Of a stretch of DNA of 64,000 bases, positions 1 to 12,211 are shown piece after piece. The DNA lies in contig NW_027266273.1 in assembly GCF_022045235.1 (NCBI RefSeq), positions 25,978,001-26,042,000 of the forward strand. The letters run 5' to 3'. Position numbers and translations under genes: made by a program. Below the pieces are notes generated by a model that did not search any database, was not told the origin of the DNA, and was given only the letters and a program-made list of their open reading frames with translations. The stretch comes from Haliotis cracherodii (taxonomy: Eukaryota). Numbering within the stretch: position 1 is the stretch's first letter; each line of letters begins with the position of its first letter.

Positions 1-2056
1 GATGGGGATGCAGGTTGAAGGGGTGGGTGGGGATGCAGATTGAGTTCGTGGATGAGGATGCAGGTTTGAGGGAGGGGTGGGCATGCAGATTGAGGGGGTG
101 GATGGGGATGCAGGTTGAGGGGGTGGATGGGGATGCAGGTTGAGGGTATGGATGGGGATGCAGATTGAGGGGATGGATGGGAATGCAGATTGAGGGTATG
201 GATGGGGATGCAGGTTGAAGGGGTGGATGGGGATGCAGGTTGAGGGGTGGATGGAGATGCAGATTGCGGGGTCGATATGGATGCAGATTGAGGGGTAGGA
301 TTGGGATGCAGATTGAGGGGTAGGATGGGGATGCAGATTGAGGGGTGAATGGGGATGCAGATTGAGGGGTGGATGGGGATGCAGGTTGAGGGGTAGGTGG
401 AGATGCAGGTTTAGATGGTGGAGGGGGATGCAGTGGATGGGGGATGAAGATTGAATAGGTGGAGAGGGATGCAGATTGAGAGGTGAATGGGGATGCAGAT
501 TGAGGGGGTGGATTGGGATGCAGATTGAGGGGGTGGATGGATATGCAGATTGAGGGGTTGATGGATATGCAGATTGAGGGGGTGAATGGGGATGCAGATT
601 GAGGGGGTGGATTGGGATGCAGATTGAGGGGTGGATGGATATGCAGATTGAGGGGGTGGATTGGGATGCAGATTGAGGGGGTGGATTGGGATGCAGATTG
701 AGGGGTGGATGTGGATGCAGATTGAGGGGGTGGATGGGGATGCACTGGATGGGGATGCAGATTGAGGGGGTGGATGGGGATGCACTGGATGGGGATGCAG
801 ATTGAGGGGGTGGATGGGGATGCAGATTAAGGGGATGGATGGGGATGCAGATTGAGGGGGTGGATTGGGATGCAGATTGAGGGGGTGGATGGGGATGCAG
901 ATTGAGGGGATGGATGGGGATGCAGATTGAGGGGGTGGATGGATATGCAGATTGAGGGGGTGGATGGATATGCAGATTGAGGGGGTGGATGGGGATGCAG
1001 ATTGAGGGGATGGATGGGGATGCAGATTGAGGGGGTGAATGGATATGCAGATTGAGGGGGTGAATGGGGATGCAGATTGAGGGGTGGATGTGGATGCAGA
1101 TTGAGGGGGTGGATGGGGATGCACTGGATGGGGATGCAGATTGAGGGGGTGGATGGGGATGCACTGGATGGGGATGCAGATTGAGGGGGTGGATGGGGAT
1201 GCAGATTAAGGGGATGGATGGGGATGCAGATTGAGGGGCTGGATGGGGATGCAGATTGAGGGGGTGGATGGGGATGCAGATTGAGGGGATAGATGGGGAT
1301 GCAGATTGAGGGGGTGGATGGATATGCAGATTGAGGGATGGATGGATCTGCAGATTGAGGGGTGGATGGTTATGCAGATTGAGGGGGTGAATGGGGATGC
1401 AGATTGAGTAGTGGATGGGGATGCAGATTGAGGGGGTGGATGGGGATGCAGATTGAGGGGGTGGATGGGGATGCAGATTGAGGGGGTGGATGGATATGCA
1501 GATTGAGGGGGTGGATGGGGATGCAGATTGAGGGGGTGGATGTGGATGCAGATTGAGGGGGTGGATGTGGATGCAGATTGAGGGGGTGGATGGGGATGCA
1601 CTGGATGGGGATGCAGACTGAGGGGGTGGATGGGGATGCACTGGATGGGGATGCAGTTTGACGGGGTGGATGGGGATGCAGATTGAGAGGTGGATGGAGA
1701 TGCAGATTGCGGGGTTGATATGGATGCAGATTGAGGGGTGGATGTGGATGCAGATTGAGGGGTGGATGTGAATGCAGATTGAGGGGGTGAATGGGGATGC
1801 AGATTGAGGGGTGGATGGGGATGCACTGGATGGGGATGCAGATTGAGGGTCTGGATGGGGATGCAATTTGAGTGGTTGGATAGGGATGCAGATTGAGGGG
1901 GTGAATGGGGATGCATTGGATGGGGATGCAGATTGAGGTGGTAGATGGGGATGCAGATTGAGGGGTTGATGGGGATGCAGATTGATGGGGTGGATGGGGA
2001 TGCAGATTCAGTGGGTGGATGGGGATGCAGATTGAGGGGGTGGTTTGGGATGCAGA
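1..2056. repeat. G-rich minisatellite, ~25-26 bp unit GGATGGGGATGCAGATTGAGGGGGT (with 15-bp GGATGGGGATGCACT variants)
   Basis: Directly visible tandem array that runs off the left edge; explains the low-complexity P/H/S/I ORFs 411-1124 and 1206-1916. Confidence 0.97.
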
Positions 2057-2139
2057 GTCAATAGGTTGCTGCCTGGTGTGGGTTTAGACGGGTATGGAAG
2101 AAGAGCGGATGGATACGGGATACTTGGATAGATGAGAAG

Positions 2140-3200
2140 CTGGGTATGGGATATAGGAGAAGTGGGTGTGGGATATAGGGGAAGGAGGTGTGGGATATAT
2201 AGAAAGGAGGTCTGAAATGGATGGGAAGGAGGTATGAAATATTGGGGAATCAGGGTGTGGGATATAGGGGATGCAGCGTGTGGGATATAGGGGAAGGGGG
2301 TGTGGGATATAGGGGAAGCAGGGTGTGGGCTATAGGGGAAGGGGTGTGAGATATTGGGGAATGGGGTGTAGGATATAGGGGAAGGGGGTGTAGGATATAG
2401 GGGAAAGTGGTCTGGGATATAGGGTAATGGGGTGTGGGATATAGGGGAAGGGGGTGTAGGATATAGGGGAAGGTGGTGTTGGATATAGGGAAAGGTGGTG
2501 TGGGATATAGGGGAATGGGGTGTGGGATATAGGGGAAGGAGGCGTGGGATATAGGGGAAGGTGGTGTTGGATATAGGGGATGTAGGGTGTAGGATATAGG
2601 GGAAGGAGGTTTTGGGATATAGGGGAAGGTGATGTGGGGTACAGGGGATGTAGGGTGTAGGATATAGGGGAAGGAGGTTGTGGGATATAGGGGAAGGTGA
2701 TGTAGGATATAGGGGATGTAGGGTGTAGGATATAGGGGAAGGTGATGTAGGATATAGGGGATGTAGGGTGTAGGATATAGGGGAAGGTGATGTGGGATAT
2801 AGGGGAAGGTGATGTGGGATATAGGGGATGTAGGGTGTAGGATATAGGGGAAGGTGATGTGGGATATAGGGGATGTAGGGTGTAGGATATAGGGGAAGGT
2901 GATGTGGGATATAGGGGATGTAGGGTGTAGGATATAGGGAAGGGGGTGTGGGATATAGGGGAAGGTGATGTGAGATATAGGGGATGTAGGTTGTGGGATA
3001 TAGGGGAAGGAGGTTGTGGGATATAGGGGAAGGTGGTGTGGGATATAGGGGATGTAGGGTGTGGGATATAGGGGAAGGTGGTGTGGGATATAGGGGATGT
3101 AGGGTGTAGGATGTAGGGGAAGGGGGACGTGGGATATAGGGGAAGGTGATGTGGGATATAGGGGATGTAGGGTGTGGGATATAGGGGATGCAGGGTGTAT
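2140..3200. repeat. Second G-rich minisatellite, ~22-24 bp unit GTGTGGGATATAGGGGAAG(GT)
   Basis: Visible tandem array; explains ORFs 2250-3290 and 2330-3391 (PYIP/PLYP repeats). Confidence 0.96.
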
Positions 3201-3391
3201 GGTGACTGGGTACTCGGGCTGTGGGGAAGAGGATGATAACAAAAATAATCTACCGCCAAATAAATCAACGAAAACACAATGAAAGTACAAACTATAGCAT
3301 AAGGTTTACTTTCTTGTATTCGTTTTAACTGTTTTGCTGATTTCAACAACGCCTGCTGTACTACCTGATCACAATATACTGAATTACTCAC

Positions 3392-6300
3392 AGAAATTTG
3401 CAGGCGATGTAGCGCTGGTCGTCATGTCGCTCCCTGTATGGAATAACGAACACAGGGGTAGATTTAAACATACTTCTGTTACATTCATGTATGAGTAAAT
3501 TTGAATGAGGCAGGTTAAGACCCAAGAAGGCTGATGACAACTTTTATCAAACACAGGAATAAACATAAACATATTATTTTCCCTGCATGTGTGTGTATTC
3601 AAATGAGGCAAAGAAGGAGTCAATTAGGCTGATGACAACTATTGTCAACCATGTGCCTGTCTTGTAATCTACTTCCATTCAGGTACTACGATATGTATAT
3701 AGAACTACATCCATCACGGCATACGTATGGTTACTCTAGAGACATGCCCGACGCAGCATTAATTAGCAAAAATCAGTCGACTATATACATGGGCCAAAGG
3801 CAACATTAATTATCACTAGCCTGTTCCCGATCGTTCCTGACAATACAACTACTTCGGGAAAAACATTAAATTGTATGCAATAGTCTTACAAACGGTGCAC
3901 ACTCATTGACCGGTGTAATTGGTGCACAGAAAGTCGACAAAATAAAGCATTTCACAGCAAGCAGTTCACGTGTTACGAAAGGGACATAACTCTTCCGGTC
4001 AATGGGGCTCTGCCAGGTTTGGGTCTGAATCGGTCAAATTTGATGAAATAACACGACCAATGCCTATTCTGTGAAGTGGCTTTTGAAAAATAACATTTTT
4101 CATCTTTCCATTTGTTTCATTTGCATTCCTTATTGACGGAATACTCACCTTTCAGAAATGAGATAATATTTGCTCCTGGATTTTAAGATAGGTTGATTGT
4201 CTTAAGGCGGTTTGATTAATCATCACTTAAACCTCTTTATATATTTTTTTGTTAAAAACTATTTAATGTGTGTCGGGAATGAACAGACGGTTTATCGTCA
4301 ACGAAAGTCCACCTAAAACACAAACATGACCAAAGCGTGGGCGAATATTGTTTCAGTTTCAATTATGTCGGAAATTTGCGTCATCTGTTCCGTGTTTGAA
4401 ATCGTTGACTCACCATACGATTTTTAAAAATTATCTCTTGAATTTTGCAATATGAAAATCTACTTTATGTTGAATTGACAACAACGTATAACAAGTAGTC
4501 CGGTTCATTATTGCATTAATTGAAACATAGTTAACCCCACCAGCGTAATAACAATAACTTAAAAGACGCCATGTACCCGTTAACGATAGATTATGTGTTT
4601 GTGTATTTTTTCGTGGTAAAACAGTAGTAAAACGCCGCTTTCAGCAATATTCCAGCAACATCACTGCGGTCGACACCAGGCATGGGCTTCGCATATTGCA
4701 CCCATGTGGGTAATCGAAACAGGGTCTTCGGCGTGACGAGAGAACGCCTCAACCACTAGGCTATCCCACCGCCCCAGAAGTTTCAGAAACACTTACCATT
4801 GACGACCGTGCTCTGGAAGCATATGTAGTGATGCAGCTCGTCACAGGAGGATGTGTTTATACGGGCAGCGCCTGTCGTGTTGGGGTACAGGACCCTGCAG
4901 CTGCCTGCAGATGTATTTTGTTCTTCAATGGTGTAAAGGGAGCATTGCAGTATAGTTAAAGTACTTTCAGTTTCTAACACTTGATTGTGACGGACATTTA
5001 TTCACTCGATAACATTAGTTACTGAGAGGTGCTTATTTATCATAGGACCCATGAAGATTCGGGGTAGAATTAATCTTCAGCAACCCATGCTTATCGTAAG
5101 AGGCGACTAACGGGATCGGGTGGTCAGGCTCGCTGACTTGGTGGATGCATGTCATCGTGTCCCAGTTGCATGGATGGATCGGTGCTCATGAATCAGATAT
5201 TATCTGTGTTATCTGGTCCAGACTCGATTATCGACAGACCGCCGTAACAGGCAGGAATATTGCTGACTGCGGTATTAAACAACAAACAAATACTGGAGTA
5301 GAATATTTAGCAAAGTGTTGCCAGTATTTAACTCAAAAGTACTCACTTTATCTCTCTTTAGTATCTAATCCAAGGCAACACGTGTATTTCCAGACACAAA
5401 AAAAACACCAACAACAAAAAACAAAAACCACAAAAACAAACAAACAAACAAAACAAACAAACACACACAAAACACACACACACAAACACATAAGGTCCCC
5501 TCTTTACCTTGGATTTTGGTGTCATTGTAGCCAAGCCATACTGCCTTGCCCAACCTATTCGTTCTATTCAAGAAGGCTGTTTGAAGTGATGACATTTTCA
5601 GGTTTGTAAGGTTTACCATACTGCCGTTCCTTGTCAGACAATCTCGCTCTGCCACTGACATATTCGCCTTGGTCGAAGACAGATCGAAGCTGGACGGTGG
5701 GATTTCTATAGATATGTAAAACGCAATCATAAGAAAGGGGTTTAATGTCACTTCCATATGATCACAACTAAATGACTTAATGATATTGATGAGTAATTAT
5801 GGCCACCTTGGTTCAAGTGAATCACTGCATATATCTGTTCCTAGCATTTATTTTTCCCTGAATAAGTTTAACTTTTTGGAATCACTATTTGGTGGAGACT
5901 CATAGACACACGCTTGGGAAGAAGTAAGCTTCTGTCAATGGGTTCTGCTTTGTTGTGGAAAGGGTTTTGCCATCTTTATTTAAACATACACTGATCCTAC
6001 ATGGCAAGCGTTCAATAAATATCTAATCTGTCTTCAAAGCAAACTCCCGATTCCTGGATTATTAAGGTGTGGTCATTCAAACCTAATTATGGAAATATGA
6101 AATAACATTAGTTTAAATGCATGACATGGCTTGTTTCATGTTTTTCAGGAAATTGTACGATACTGTTATTTTCGAACCAGGACAAGGATTATGAACACGT
6201 GACAAGTTTACAAACTGGAGGAACAACGTCACGTGTTTACCACGTGGAGGCGCTCAAACGAATAACATCTTCTAGCATAGTCCTTCACAGAATGACTGTC

Positions 6301-8661
6301 CTAGATCTACGTATTTAACACAGTGAAACCCCGTTCATACAAATTGTAACGTCCTCGGGTAAAACGTCCAGATTAACACATTCCCGAGTTAACGAAACAC
6401 TGGCATGTAGTCGTGACGGGCCCTTCCGTTTTCCCTGTCACTGATATCGATACAAGGTCCAATGTCAGGAGAAACTCATAGCCTCCCGTGAAGCATGACA
6501 CTATTTTGTATATACAAGGCTAATGATGCTATCCGTCGTGGTTTATGAGTATAGTTAGAGACATAATGTAACCTCGAAAATGTGGACGATATAGTTTACA
6601 GATCGTCTGGATTAACCATGTTCAAGATTAACGAATACTGGAACCTAGTCATGTGACATTAATTTGTGTACAGGTCCTCAACAGCTTTCGGGCAGAAAGC
6701 AGGATAACCCGACTAACGGGATTCCCTGTACATTCAAAGTGAGTGAGTGAGTTGGGTTTAACGCCGCTTTTAACATTATTCCAGTTATATCACAGCGTGT
6801 CAGCTTGTCACGAGCACGGGTGTGGTGCTGGCAAACCTAGAAACATAATAGGGGTGAACCGGGATTTGAACCCACAATCGTAGGTTTCTGGCGTGTCCAG
6901 GGGACGCAACTCTGCACAGTGAATCGCGGCGCCTTAGACGACTGGGCCACCCGTGGCCTTCCCCCCCCCCCCCCCCCCCCCCCGTCATTGACTGAAACTG
7001 AAGCTGTTAGCAGTAGCTTTTACACTTAAGACACTGATTTTTTCTGTCCACAAACTGAACAAGATGGAAGAATGATGTTGGATGATAAATAAAATCTGTC
7101 TTTTGATATCAAATATATCAACATTCGTTGATAAAATCCTCGGAGTGTTTCCACTTTTATCAACGATTGTTGATATATTTCAAATCAAAAGACACGAGGA
7201 TGAGATTCTCTATATACATGTACATGTCGGTGTCGCTTGTGTCAGTTTGAAATGTGGCTTCTCACTTCAACCGATCAACCGCCATCAATTTCAACTCATT
7301 TGAACGGGGAAAATGTATCTCTTTCCTGGTATTATGTATTCTACATATACAGTAAACTACGGTTATAACGAACTCAAAGGGACCACTAATTTTAGTTCGT
7401 TATAACCGGAGTTCGGTATGAGCTACATACAACATATGTATACATCAAACGGATGGGACCTCTCTAAAACGGTTTGTTTTATCCGTCAGTTCGTTATAAG
7501 TGTGTTCGTTACGAACGTAGTTTACTGTACTACTCGAAAGTGGCTCCCGATTCTTTCATATTACGGGGCGTTCGGGTAGCTTAGTGGTTAAAGCGTTCGC
7601 TCGTCACGCCGAAGACCCGGGTTCGATTCCCGACATGGGTACAATGTGTGAAGCCGATTTCTGGTGTCTCCCGCCGTGATATTGCTGGAATATTGCTAAA
7701 TGCGACGTAAAACCATACCCACTCACTTTCATATTACTATAGTTAATCTATCATGGCATGGTAGATTAACTATAACAATATGAAAGAATCAGGTGCCACT
7801 TAACTTCAAGGCATGAACGATTAACTAAAGGACAGACAGACAGACATTCTTCATTTCCACCAATAATGGAGGAGTACATATGAATGTAAATTAACCCCTA
7901 AATGTCCTGTAATAAACCAAAGCAGATAACAAAAATTACATGCAATGCCTTTCTAAGTAGGTGATAGTGAACAGTAACGGTTATAAGATGTTTTGTTTGA
8001 TGTGTAGCCTGCAAATATGTACAAACTTTGAGACAACCAACACAAATTGTATCCAAGTGCTAAAATCAACACGACACAAAGTGTTGTGAGAGAATAGGGT
8101 TGTCCTTCACTTCTTTTGAGTAGTATACATGTATGTATTTGATAAACGATGTGCAAATGTTGGTGTTAGTTAGATGACAGCATTGTGAGGCACTAACCTC
8201 TGTCGGTTAGGAGAAGCTCAGTTTAACCTGTTTGTGAAATCACATGATCATCAAATGCTGCACTCAAAATCCTATTCCAGGCTAACGGGGGTTAAGTTAG
8301 GTTACAGCCGTTTTGAATAATATTTCAGTCATATCACGCAGTCTCATAAGGAGGCAAGCGCGAAGTGATACAGATCTTAAACGTTTACTTCTTTGATGAA
8401 ACAGGGCAACGTAAGTTTTGCTGAATCGCATTGTACATTGAAACAAAACAACATGCTACAATCAACAACAAAATATTACGAACACATGCATTTCTGTACT
8501 ATGCGCATGATTATAACCCTTTATAACATCTGTAGTTTTCCCAATATTAACGATTCCAAAATGCGAACTGGCCATTTGTACTTACCCGTCTTTGTCATCA
8601 TCACCATGGCAACCCAGAGGATAAGAACACACACAAACAGTGCGATACTCACAGAAGCCAT
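3392..8661 (-). CDS. Gene A: C-type lectin-like domain receptor, 5' part (3' exons lie beyond the left edge)
   Basis: Exons with GT-AG sites, all phase 1: 8661-8586 (signal peptide MASVSIALFVCVLILWVAMVMMTKT); 5705-5508 (..NMSVAERDCLTRNGSMVNL..KAVWLGY..); 4904-4797 (GSCRVLY..SSCDELHHYICFQ); 3433-3392 (S/T-rich GSDMTTSATSPANF). CTLD hallmarks: A-x-x-x-C, WLG, C..C..YIC. Same MASV start and two-exon CTLD as genes D. Confidence 0.8.
4630..4776 (-). mobile_element. tRNA-derived SINE family 1 copy
   Basis: Reverse complement of the GGGGCGGTCGGGTAGCCTAGTGGTTAAAGCG...GGTTCGATTCCC...AAGCGGCG element seen at 7565 and elsewhere. Confidence 0.85.
5046..5291 (+). mobile_element. SINE-like family 3 copy (CCCATGCTTGTCGTAAGAGGCGACTAACGGG core, AAAC tail)
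   Basis: Dispersed repeat with ~11 copies in the window; ends GCGGTATTAAACAACAAACAAA. Confidence 0.85.
6740..6960 (-). mobile_element. tRNA-derived SINE family 2 copy
   Basis: Head GCACGGGTGGCCCAGTCGTCTAAGGCG...GGTTCAAATCC on the minus strand; (ACTC)n tail; matches the copies at 18800, 39110 and 47412. Confidence 0.8.
7350..7527. mobile_element. Tc1/mariner (pogo/Tigger-type) MITE
   Basis: TA|CAGTAAACTACG...CGTAGTTTACTG|TA terminal inverted repeats with TA target duplication; second copy at 11663-11835. Confidence 0.9.
7565..7727 (+). mobile_element. tRNA-derived SINE family 1 copy
   Basis: Pol III A box (TAGCTTAGTGG), B box (GGTTCGATTCC) and ACTC tail. Confidence 0.9.
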
Positions 8662-9180
8662 TGTGAAGGGCCTGTGCTATTGTGAACAAATCTGAGTAAT
8701 AATTTCGTGTTGGTTCAGGAGCACTTATGTCAGTTCGCTATTTCCGGCTCTTAATGGTATCCCCATATCGATATTTTCAGATCAGTTTCCTTAAGATTTG
8801 CAAGCTATTGCGTGAATCATAACGAGGTATATAGTAGTGACGTTATGTCAATGGCCACCGTATGAATTATAATGTGTGGGGTGCATACAAATCAAGGTGA
8901 AGCCTTTTTCCGGCACACAGGGAAGGATTTGTATCGAAAGCTAGCAGGTGAACCTTGTACTGCTGAGTCATGCGTGAGACTCTACCCATCTCCAGTTGAA
9001 TGTGTGTACCTACAGCTAAAAATAATGTTGTTGTCAGTTACAGCTGACGGGGTTAGTGAAACGGATGTAACATGCGATTTATTGCTTGTATTTTACAATG
9101 CTTGAGCGGATGCGCGGAAAGAGTAATTGAGTGAGTGGGTTTAGCGCCACTTTAAACACTATTACAGTTTTATGACGGAG

Positions 9181-9395
9181 GACCGACTTCGTGGTCTGGT
9201 GGTAGAACGTCCGCACGGAGAGCGGAAGGTCCGGGGTTCGATTCTCGGCTGCGTCACACCAAAAGACGTTAAACTTGTTGTTACCCTGTCTGGCGATCGG
9301 CATTAAGGGGCTAAAACAAGGACTGTTCGGCTCGGAGTCGGTATACTGTGTCAGAGATGGGTATTCATGTTAAACTGCGGCACGGTATCTCAGTA
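9181..9395 (+). mobile_element. tRNA-derived SINE family 4 (Meta/MESC-domain-like)
   Basis: tRNA head with B box GGTTCGATTCTC, then GTCACACCAAAAGACG...GGCATTAAGGG...AGGACTG, resembling the Meta central domain (recalled, not searched). Confidence 0.7.
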
Positions 9396-9404
9396 GGTTC
9401 GGCA

Positions 9405-9592
9405 TCATGACTAACGGGATCGGGTGGTCAGGCTCGCTGACTTGGCTGATGCATGTCATCGCACCCCAATTGCGTGGATCGATGCTCATGATATCAATCA
9501 CTGGATTGTCTCGTCCAGACTCGATTATTTACAGAGCGCCGTCATATAGCTGTTACATAGCTGAGTGCGGCGGTAAACAACAAACAAACAAA
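9405..9592 (+). mobile_element. SINE-like family 3, 5'-truncated
   Basis: GACTAACGGGATCGGGTGGTCAGGC...GCGGTAAACAACAAACAAAC. Confidence 0.85.
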
Positions 9593-10067
9593 TATACAAT
9601 CAAACATAGTCTATTTTGTTTTCAATACATGATTGCCGTTTGCGATCATTTAGCGTAACAGGGTTAATGCCCTTTCAGTTGCTTATCGTTCGATCACGCG
9701 AAGCAGTGTTTCTGTATGTTATAGCCTACGCCTGTGGCAGACGGACTGAACTGATGTTATTATTTGCTTGATGAAAGCTGTCTCTAACATGGACATGGTG
9801 TGTGGCAGCTTATATTTACACGACCAATATGAATTTACAGGACAGCCAACTATTTCCGTCAAGAGATGAAACAGTTTGTAAATTTTCAGAAACAAACATT
9901 TCCCCGTAGCTTTCTGAAGAGCAAACAATTGTCAATGGAAGACTTTAAGATTTATGTTATGCTGGTGTTAGGGTGCTTCATACTGACGTAATTTACAAGT
10001 GGAATGGGCGTGTGTAAAGACCGCATATCTTTACCGCATGGCATGATAGAAACATTTGGAAAGCGAG

Positions 10068-10325
10068 TAGGGTTAACGCTACTTTTAACACTATTCAAGT
10101 TATATCACGGCATGTTAGCTTAACGTGGGGCCAAAGCCCGCAGTGATGCAGGTCTCAGACGGTTACCAGTATGGTGAAACCCACAAGGGTATGGTGCAGA
10201 CACACATGGAAACATAATCGGGGAAAACGTGGATTCGAACTCACACTCATAGGTTCCTGGCGTGTAAGGGCATGCTAATCTGCACAGCGAATTGCGGCGC
10301 CTTAGACGACTAGGCAACCCATGCT
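10068..10325 (-). mobile_element. SINE family 2 copy
   Basis: Similarity to the 18800-19077 copy. Confidence 0.8.
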
Positions 10326-11196
10326 TGACTCCCGATAGAAACAGGAGGAAAACGAAAGTATTGTAGTTATCACTAACAGTACAAGTCGTCTGATGATCCT
10401 CGATATTTCAAAGGAAGCAGGTTGTTTTTAGGGATGTATTTTATCTGACACGTTTTGAGAGTTTGCTGAAATATTTGCAAACAAACGCACGACCTTTTTC
10501 CTGATTATGACCATTATTTTTACGGACGTCAAAAATGTTGGTTTCCAAAACTTTTATTGTAGCCAAACGAACATATTTGAGGCTGTCTGTAGTTCTTTGA
10601 CTCATCTCGTCCAGTATTTCCTGCTTTAAATCTTGACACTCACGACATGAATGCCTAAATATTTCTGTTTCCGCTACATAGCAATGCTACATTTGAACTA
10701 AAATAGGTTACAGGTTATCGTACCTATAAATATTTAAACCAGGAAATATTCTCTTTGTAATTGGAATTTTAGAATTCACGAATAACAACAAAACAGGTCC
10801 GATTCTATGGCGCCTCTTTAATTCTATAATTAAGAAAAAAACATGAATACGAGTATTTTAGCACAGCGATGACGAGCATTGAGGCATGTGTACATGGATG
10901 TGGCAGGCAGTCTTGCTTTCACTTTCTGCTTCCGCAGCAAATACAGCTCGTATAATGTGGATACGGAAATATTGCTGACGTGCATGGCTAAACGTGTCTT
11001 GGCAAACCAGATGCCTCTATAATAAATACTTAGAATTATTCCAGGACTACAAGCACCCTGAGACACGAACACTGTTTTTTTAAAGTCTTATGCGGAATGT
11101 GTTTCCGTATACCTTGAAGTTATTTTTGATGAAAATAAACCTTACACAAAAACATATGGCTCACATAGAACCATGCACTTTTGCTATTCGGAGAGG

Positions 11197-11357
11197 GGGT
11201 GGTCGGGTAGCCTAGTGGTTAAAGCGTTCGCTCGTCACGCCCGGGTTCGATTCCACACGGGTGCAATGTGTGAAGCCCATTTCTAGTGTCCCCCGCCGTG
11301 ATATTGCTGGAATGTTGCTAAAAGCGGCGTAAAACCATACTCACTCACTCACTCACT
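11197..11357 (+). mobile_element. SINE family 1 copy
   Basis: A/B boxes and (ACTC)n tail. Confidence 0.9.
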
Positions 11358-11571
11358 ACTATTCTGCTAGAGAAGCGTGACCAGTTGAACACTTGACAAC
11401 GTTTGAGCCATTTCTAAAATCAAATCACAACAATCTGCACCTCCTGTATATTCAGACATTTGACAAGTGTGGGTCAAGATCAGACTTTTTGTGTTAACTG
11501 CTTGCCTTCAGATTGTATACCCTGTCTCAAGGTATCCAAATAATACACGTACCGCTACGTGCTCAAACATC

Positions 11572-11945
11572 GACTTCGTGGTCAAGAGGATAGGGCGTCT
11601 GCCCAGAGAGTGGAAGGCCGGTGGATCTATTCCCGGCCGTGTCATTCCAAAAGATGGAACTACAGTAAACTACGGTTATAACGAACTCAAAGGGGCCACT
11701 AATTTTAGTTCGGTATAACCGTAGTTCGTTATAAGCATATGTACAGCATATATAAAGAAAATGGCCGGGACCAAAATAAGTTCGTCATATCCATCAGTTC
11801 GTTATAGGGGTGTTCGTTATGAACGCAGTATACTGTAATTGTACTGCCTTGTGCTCGGCAATAAGGGGTTAAAACAAGGACTGGTCGTCTAGGAGTCAGT
11901 ATACTGCGTCTGAGGGGATATCCATGTTAACAATGCGTTGAGCAG
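11572..11945 (+). mobile_element. SINE family 4 copy interrupted by a MITE
   Basis: 5' half 11572-11660 and 3' half 11838-11945 match 9181-9395. Confidence 0.7.
11663..11835. mobile_element. Tc1/mariner-type MITE (copy 2)
   Basis: TA|CAGTAAACTACG...TATACTG|TA; homologous to 7350-7527. Confidence 0.88.
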
Positions 11946-11948
11946 CGC

Positions 11949-12000
<52 letters not shown>

Positions 12001-12211
12001 CAAATATACTTATATGTAAGTGTAATAATTCTGAACGCGATACTAAAACACATTTCACCCACCGCAGACCACTGCGTCAAACCGACATACACATGAAGGC
12101 ATTGAACCAAAACCAGCCTTAGCCATCCTTCATGACCAATATGATTGAAGGATTAATTGAGCAGTAAAAATTGAAAGATTAAAAGTTTGGCCGTGTATAA
12201 ACAGGAATTAT

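Noticed and set aside
411-3391. Long Pro/His/Ser/Tyr-rich ORFs (236-353 aa)
   Set aside because: Translations of C-rich satellite strands; open in several frames, with no splice support.
7565-7640. tRNA genes at SINE heads (also 11197, 23494, 31545 and others)
   Set aside because: A/B boxes run into a shared SINE body and tail, and copies are divergent; not bona fide tRNAs.
7953-8156. Possible extra stalk exon of gene A near 8008 (GYTSNKTSYN)
   Set aside because: Acceptor is plausible but there is no convincing phase-1 donor before the stop.
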